Part shown: positions 59,215 to 64,000 of the stretch, in pieces
Numbering within the stretch: position 1 is the stretch's first letter
How the letters are laid out: every line of letters starts with the position of its first letter
NCBI GenBank assembly: GCA_964468825.1
Contig: CAYXWO010000001.1
Coordinates: forward strand, 3,234 to 67,233
Reading direction: 5' to 3'
Source: an uncultured Candidatus Saccharibacteria bacterium
GTDB taxonomy: Bacteria; Patescibacteriota; Minisyncoccia; Phycocordibacterales; UBA5272
DNA length: 64,000 bases
The notes under the pieces: model-generated
The model's input: only the letters and a program-made list of their open reading frames with translations
The model's database searches: none
What the model was told of the DNA's origin: nothing
Position numbers and translations under genes: made by a program

Positions 59215-60531
59215 ATGTCAACTCCAATTGTTACAAGATTCGCCCCTTCACCAACAGGACTTCTTCATATGGGGAATTATAGAACAGCGGTTTTTGCTTA
59301 TCTCTATGCCAGAAGGATGGGAGGTAAATTTATAGTGCGCATAGAAGATACAGACAGAGAGCGTAGCAAAGAAGAGTATAAAGATAACATTTTGGAGTCC
59401 CTATCTTGGCTTGGGCTTAACTACGATGAGCTCTTTATTCAGAGCGAACATGTAGATACGCATAGAAAGTATTTAGAACAACTCATTGCCCAAGACGATG
59501 CGTATATCTCAAAAGAAGAAGCAAAAGATGGTAGCGGTGTTATGAGGGAACTTGTTCGATTTAGAAACAGGGGAGAAGTAGTTATCTTTGACGACCTTGT
59601 TCGTGGGAGAATTGAAACAGACACAACTGACTTAGGAGATTTTGTTATTGCTAAATCGCTATCTGAGCCGCTCTTTCATTTGGCTGTGGTTGTCGATGAT
59701 CATGAAGAGGGGGTTACTCATGTTATTCGCGGAGAGGATCATATCGCCAATACCCCGAGACAGATTCTTATAGCTAGAGCTCTCAACTTTCAGATACCAC
59801 TATACGCACACTTACCACTTGTTTTAGCGGAAGACAGAACCAAGCTTTCTAAACGAAAAGGAGCTCTTCCTGTTACTACATACCGCGACCAAGGATATCT
59901 TCCTGAGACCTTGCTTAATTTTATGGCGTTTACTGGCTGGAATCCAGGAGGTGAACAAGAAATTTACTCACTAGAAGAGCTTGTTTCTATTTTTGATCTT
60001 TCTAGGATTCATAAAGGTGGGGCTATCTTTAACAAAGAAAAACTTGCCTGGATGAACAAGGAACATATGCGTAGACAAGGCAAAGAAGATCAGAATAGAA
60101 TGATTGCTCCATTCTTTTCAGGTTATGATGCAGAGATTTTGCAAAAAATAATTCCTAGTATTATCGACAGAATCTCTGCCTACGGAGAGCTTTCTACAGT
60201 AGAAGAAACTGAGTTTCGATTCTTTAGAGATCGCCCGACACTTGTCGCCGAAAAGATCTTGTGGAAGAACGGCAGTAAAGAAGATGCTGTAAAACATTTA
60301 ACTGCGGTGGCCGAGCTTATTTTATACTCCGATTATTCCTCTCCAGAGGCCATTAAAGAAAGTATTATGCCATACGCTGAAGAACATGGTAAAGGTGACG
60401 TGCTTTGGCCGCTACGTATGACACTTTCTGGGCAGGAGAAGTCAGTTGACCCGTTCACAATTTGCTACGTGCTTGGATACGACGAAACAAAGGCTCGTAT
60501 TCGAGCGGCACTTCTCCTTTTAGAGTCCTGA
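59215..60531 (+). CDS. gltX: glutamate--tRNA ligase
   Basis: RFAPSPTGLLHMG, RIEDTD, IRGEDH, KLSKR. Confidence 0.96.
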   Translation: MSTPIVTRFAPSPTGLLHMGNYRTAVFAYLYARRMGGKFIVRIEDTDRERSKEEYKDNILESLSWLGLNYDELFIQSEHVDTHRKYLEQLIAQDDAYISKEEAKDGSGVMRELVRFRNRGEVVIFDDLVRGRIETDTTDLGDFVIAKSLSEPLFHLAVVVDDHEEGVTHVIRGEDHIANTPRQILIARALNFQIPLYAHLPLVLAEDRTKLSKRKGALPVTTYRDQGYLPETLLNFMAFTGWNPGGEQEIYSLEELVSIFDLSRIHKGGAIFNKEKLAWMNKEHMRRQGKEDQNRMIAPFFSGYDAEILQKIIPSIIDRISAYGELSTVEETEFRFFRDRPTLVAEKILWKNGSKEDAVKHLTAVAELILYSDYSSPEAIKESIMPYAEEHGKGDVLWPLRMTLSGQEKSVDPFTICYVLGYDETKARIRAALLLLES

Positions 60532-60548
60532 TCAGGGCCTACTTACTT

Positions 60549-61841
60549 ATGTCTCGACGCTCTTTATCTTTATTTCTACTCCTTCTATGCATTCTCTCTG
60601 TCCAGATAACAAGAGATGTTCCACATGCTCTTGGTCAATCTGCAGATCAGTTAAAAAGCGACCTAGACTCACTCTCACAAAAAATTGATGCACTTGATGC
60701 AGAGATTAAGGCATATAATAAAAAAATATCAGAGACCCAAGGAGAAGCAAAGACCTTAAAGCAGGCCTTAGCTAACCTAGAATATAAGAGGTCACTTCTT
60801 CTTAAAGAAATCAGTTCTACGAAGTTGAAAATCACGAAAGCAGAACAGAATATCTACTTTACCGAGAGTAAAATAAACACAACAGAACTAACTCTTGATA
60901 AAAACAAGACTGCTCTCGCTGAGTCACTTCGTTCATTAGATTACGGTGACACCAAAATACCTGAGTTCGTAAAAGTTTTAGCTCCGAATGCAAAGTTCTC
61001 AGACGCATTAGATTTTTCTAGAAGAAATAGTGAGGTTACAACTGCTATTAACGAGAAAGTTCAGGCATTAGTTGATACAAAACTAAGTTTGTCTGTTCAG
61101 AAAGCATCTTATGAGCAGCACAAGTCTACGCTACTTCAGTTAAACAGTAAGCTTACAGATCAAAAAGAGTTGGTGGACGAGACTTCAAAAGATAAAGCAA
61201 GATTGCTTAGAGAAACACAAAACAAGGAATCTGCATATCAAAAACTACTAGCGGATCGTAAGGTAAAGAAAAATCAACTAGAGTCTGAGATGTTGGATGT
61301 CGAAGCTAAGCTCAAGACCATAGTGGATGCTACCAAGCTTCCAAAGTACGGTAAAGGTATCCTTAAGTATCCGGTTGATAAGGTCGTGATTACTCAGTAC
61401 TTTGGCAATACGCCGTTTTCAAGTAAGAATCCTCAGGTCTACAATGGTTCAGGCCACAACGGACTTGATTTCGGTATTCCTACTGGTACACCTATTCTCT
61501 CGGCAGAAAGTGGGAGAGTAATCGGCGTGGGGGATACAGACGCTTCTTGCAATGGTGTGTCGTACGGTAAGTGGGTCCTCGTGAAGCACAACAATGGCCT
61601 CTCCACACTCTATGCTCATCTCTCTGTGATACAAGCCAAGGAAGGGGATTCTGTGACCGCAAGACAGAAGATTGGGCTCTCGGGTAATACTGGGTATAGC
61701 ACCGGCCCACACCTACACTTCACTGTTTATGCTTCAGACGCAGTAGAGGTTACTAATTATAGAAGTAAGGTCTGTGGTACCAATATGAGGATGCCTATCG
61801 CGCCACGAGCCGGGTATCTTAACCCACTCAGTTATTTGTAA
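60549..61841 (+). CDS. coiled-coil + M23 peptidase (EnvC-like/murein hydrolase)
   Basis: Signal peptide, long coiled coil, HNGLDFG, YAHLS, STGPHLHF. Confidence 0.92.
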   Translation: MSRRSLSLFLLLLCILSVQITRDVPHALGQSADQLKSDLDSLSQKIDALDAEIKAYNKKISETQGEAKTLKQALANLEYKRSLLLKEISSTKLKITKAEQNIYFTESKINTTELTLDKNKTALAESLRSLDYGDTKIPEFVKVLAPNAKFSDALDFSRRNSEVTTAINEKVQALVDTKLSLSVQKASYEQHKSTLLQLNSKLTDQKELVDETSKDKARLLRETQNKESAYQKLLADRKVKKNQLESEMLDVEAKLKTIVDATKLPKYGKGILKYPVDKVVITQYFGNTPFSSKNPQVYNGSGHNGLDFGIPTGTPILSAESGRVIGVGDTDASCNGVSYGKWVLVKHNNGLSTLYAHLSVIQAKEGDSVTARQKIGLSGNTGYSTGPHLHFTVYASDAVEVTNYRSKVCGTNMRMPIAPRAGYLNPLSYL

Positions 61842-61856
61842 TATACTATTAACCAT

Positions 61857-61958
61857 ATGATGACTTTTACTATTCCAGCTTTTACACTCCTCATGTTCTC
61901 AGCATTCCTTGGAGGAATGGTCTTTGGGATTTGGATGTTGCTTAATAAGATTAAATAA
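61857..61958 (+). CDS. small single-TM peptide, 33 aa
   Basis: MMTFTIPAFTLLMFSAFLGGMVFGIWMLLNKIK; preceded by TATACT. Confidence 0.45.
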   Translation: MMTFTIPAFTLLMFSAFLGGMVFGIWMLLNKIK

Positions 61959-61984
61959 AAAGAGATTCATTAAAAACTAACTTT

Positions 61985-62026
61985 GTATAAATAAAATCAG
62001 CCCTCTCGAGCAGATTTTATTTATAC
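61985..62026. terminator. bidirectional terminator
   Basis: GTATAAATAAAATC..GATTTTATTTATAC inverted repeat between convergent genes. Confidence 0.7.
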
Positions 62027-62036
62027 ACACCAGAAT

Positions 62037-62189
62037 TTACCTGTCAGCGTCAGTATCTAACTGAACTAACTTGTTATAGACTTTTTCTAATACAAGGTCA
62101 AGGTCGTTGCGCATATGCTGGCCGTCTGAGCCACTAGCGTATGCTTTAACAATTTCAACAGCACTGGTAAGGCAACCGTTTTTTGTCAT
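62037..62189 (-). CDS. small hypothetical protein, 50 aa, weak Ros/MucR N-terminal-like pattern
   Basis: MTKNGCLTSAVEIVKAYASGSDGQHMRNDLDLVLEKVYNKLVQLDTDADR. Confidence 0.45.
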   Translation of the reverse strand: MTKNGCLTSAVEIVKAYASGSDGQHMRNDLDLVLEKVYNKLVQLDTDADR

Positions 62190-62361
62190 TATATTCTTGG
62201 ATTGTTGGTGGGGCGTACGACTGTTCCCAACATTATTTTAATGTGCCCCATATAGTTAATATGAAGAAACCTATTAGGGACACGTTAAATTAGCTAAGCC
62301 GTACAATGGTAAGTATGGCGCTTAAATAATAAAAGGGCAAGGACTTGGGGGAACGTTATAT

Positions 62362-62592
62362 ATGAAAAGGACCAGTTTGCGGAAATCCACAAAAAAGAGT
62401 AGTGTAAGAAAATCTAAAAGGTATACTAAAGATATGTCTAAAATAGCTAATCTCAGAAAAATCCCAAAGTCTTCCTCAGGTAAATCAGAAGTAATTTCCG
62501 CTTCTGAATTGATTAATTTTTTTAATCAGAAAGGACTCGCTTCATTAAGCGGAGCTATAAAAGATGCTCAAGCTTTTCCTTCGTCTAAGTAA
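62362..62592 (+). CDS. small basic hypothetical protein
   Basis: 76 aa, Lys/Ser-rich N-terminus; ends 2 nt before the HEPN-like gene. Confidence 0.5.
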   Translation: MKRTSLRKSTKKSSVRKSKRYTKDMSKIANLRKIPKSSSGKSEVISASELINFFNQKGLASLSGAIKDAQAFPSSK

Positions 62593-62594
62593 AA

Positions 62595-63119
62595 ATGATA
62601 TTAGAGAATCTGTTGCGTAGACTTTCAGCAGTTTCTCTCCTAATGGATCACGCAAGAGCAGCAGGGTTAAGCACTTCACAAAAATCAATATATAACAGAT
62701 CTATTATATATTTATTATGCACTGTCGCCGAAGGTTTTACTTTTGAAGTTGTGAAAGCACACTCAGCTAAAAATTTGCACATCATTGGCACAAAAAAAGA
62801 GTTTGTACAGAAATACTCAGTACCAAAAGGAGTATTAGATGCGACAAGAGACTCTTTTCTTTGTGAAAAAGTTACAACAAAGACTTCTCTCTTTGATAAG
62901 GGTGTTACATTTGGTGAGATGCTTATGTACTTAAAGAATAAAAAAGTATTAGCAGAGCCAGAGTACTTACTTATAGACTGGATTAGAGAGGAAAGAAATA
63001 AAATACACGTCCAAGGACTAACAGAGCCTGATACCGGGTTTACATTCAAGAAAATTAAAAAAATATCAAAAGGTATAAAACTACTGACATCTAAATTAAG
63101 ACTAATTTGGGGAGTTTAA
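62595..63119 (+). CDS. HEPN-like protein (putative RNase)
   Basis: All-helical; N-terminal CTVAEG glutamate and C-terminal IREERNKIH (RNxxH) HEPN motif. Confidence 0.65.
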   Translation: MILENLLRRLSAVSLLMDHARAAGLSTSQKSIYNRSIIYLLCTVAEGFTFEVVKAHSAKNLHIIGTKKEFVQKYSVPKGVLDATRDSFLCEKVTTKTSLFDKGVTFGEMLMYLKNKKVLAEPEYLLIDWIREERNKIHVQGLTEPDTGFTFKKIKKISKGIKLLTSKLRLIWGV

Positions 63120-63139
63120 GTTTACCCAAAACCAGACAG

Positions 63140-63960
63140 ACAGCAGAGTAGGGGGGGAAGCCCCTGTTGCCTACCTAACTTTGTAGAGAAGAAGTACAAA
63201 GGCCACCCGTCTTCGACCTCGGATGGCCCTGTATTTTAGTTTAGAGTCGAGTCATGATTTTGTATAACAAAATCAGACTGACTACATCTAGTAGTGTCAT
63301 ACTGTTTTCTTGGCAAACACAATGGCAATTTCCAAGACATAGGACAGGTCACAACTCCTGTCCCAGAAATAAGTATACGCTTCTCTACAAAGTTAGGTAG
63401 GTATAGAGCTCTTCCGGACTATATAGTCGTAAAAGATATATTGTGCGACATTAAGTATATACAGAAACCCCCTACAATAACCATAGATTTCAAGCGCTTA
63501 AACAATGTCTCTTATGTGTCCGTTAGCTGGCTACACTTCGACACTTGAGAAGTCTTGAGTCTCCCCACACCCTGGTCAAGATTAATCTACGTACTAGATA
63601 TTTACTTTTATTGATCATCTGAAACTCAAGGTTCCGTGTACTTCTTCTACCATAACACATCAAATTGGCCTCAGTACGCCTCCTGGGCCCTTTTAGAGGC
63701 CATAGCATCTCTATATAAGAGAGTGCTGAGTAAGTATCTCTACACGAGTCTACGTAGATCCTTTATTCTATAAAGTATCTAGAGGCTGGCGTAGTTCTTT
63801 GTCAGTTTACTTTTCATTTCTATTCAGTATCTCTTACTTCAACTTCACCTACTTGAATGGCTGCAGTTATCTATTACGAGAGACTGTTAGGTTAATTGAG
63901 TGTTAGCGGTATTAAGTATTCTGATTGGTTTATTCCTCAGAAGGATAAACAGTGTCTCAA
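63140..63960. ncRNA. candidate large structured ncRNA (strand unresolved)
   Basis: About 800 nt with no convincing ORF and roughly a dozen hairpins or long-range pairings. Confidence 0.35.
63170..63401. repeat. perfect 22-bp inverted repeat enclosing 188 bp
   Basis: CCTACCTAACTTTGTAGAGAAG (63170-63191) and CTTCTCTACAAAGTTAGGTAGG (63380-63401). Confidence 0.95.
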
Positions 63961-64000
63961 AACCTAAATCTGTTAAAGCCTTTTAATATTAAATACTTTT

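Noticed and set aside
59215-60531. Alternative genetic code (TGA=Gly, code 25)
   Set aside because: Core genes such as gltX, ftsW and ychF end at TGA at the expected lengths and contain no internal TGA.
63400-63460. Group I or II intron in the right-end structured tract
   Set aside because: GACTATATAGTC resembles group I P7 elements only superficially; no interrupted host gene or group II domain V was found.
63294-63708. ORFs 63294-63548 (+) and 63523-63708 (-)
   Set aside because: They are short, lack an SD or motifs, and overlap dense hairpin structure; more likely non-coding.
1-64000. CRISPR array or cas genes
   Set aside because: No regularly spaced 25-45 bp direct repeats with unique spacers and no Cas motifs were seen.

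Overview
The window looks like chromosomal DNA of a small-genome bacterium, most likely Patescibacteria/CPR (Parcubacteria-like). This is inferred from the shortened AlaRS, AspRS and pyruvate kinase, DUF4446, compact gene order, and core genes lacking Shine-Dalgarno sites; genetic code 11 applies. The backbone is housekeeping: iscS, sod, clpB, tRNA-Tyr, msrA, rnhB, alaS, the infA-rpsI ribosomal/rpoA cluster, pyk, an LDH-PGM fusion, eno, grpE-dnaK-dnaJ, trpS, aspS, scpAB, dac-mraY-ftsW-murG and gltX. The main find is a ~14.7 kb element (10571-25274) inserted by a large serine recombinase into codon 6 of ychF. The original ychF start (MSLSIG) is left behind at 10556 and the element supplies a replacement start (MSSLSIG). 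The attachment site lies inside the integrase ORF, so the integrated and excised forms encode different integrase C-termini. The element carries a primase-polymerase/helicase, an excisionase-like HTH, three small-terminase-like genes but no capsid or large terminase (phage-satellite-like), a Schlafen/AlbA protein and a 1527-aa HTH-repeat/SNF2/methyltransferase fusion. Other notable signals are an ~800-nt highly structured non-coding tract beside a HEPN gene at the right end, several candidate ncRNAs, heptamer repeats including in-frame insertions in iscS, apparently leaderless core genes, and GC-rich orphan genes each with its own promoter, SD and terminator. All annotations come from reading motifs by eye; no database searches were run.
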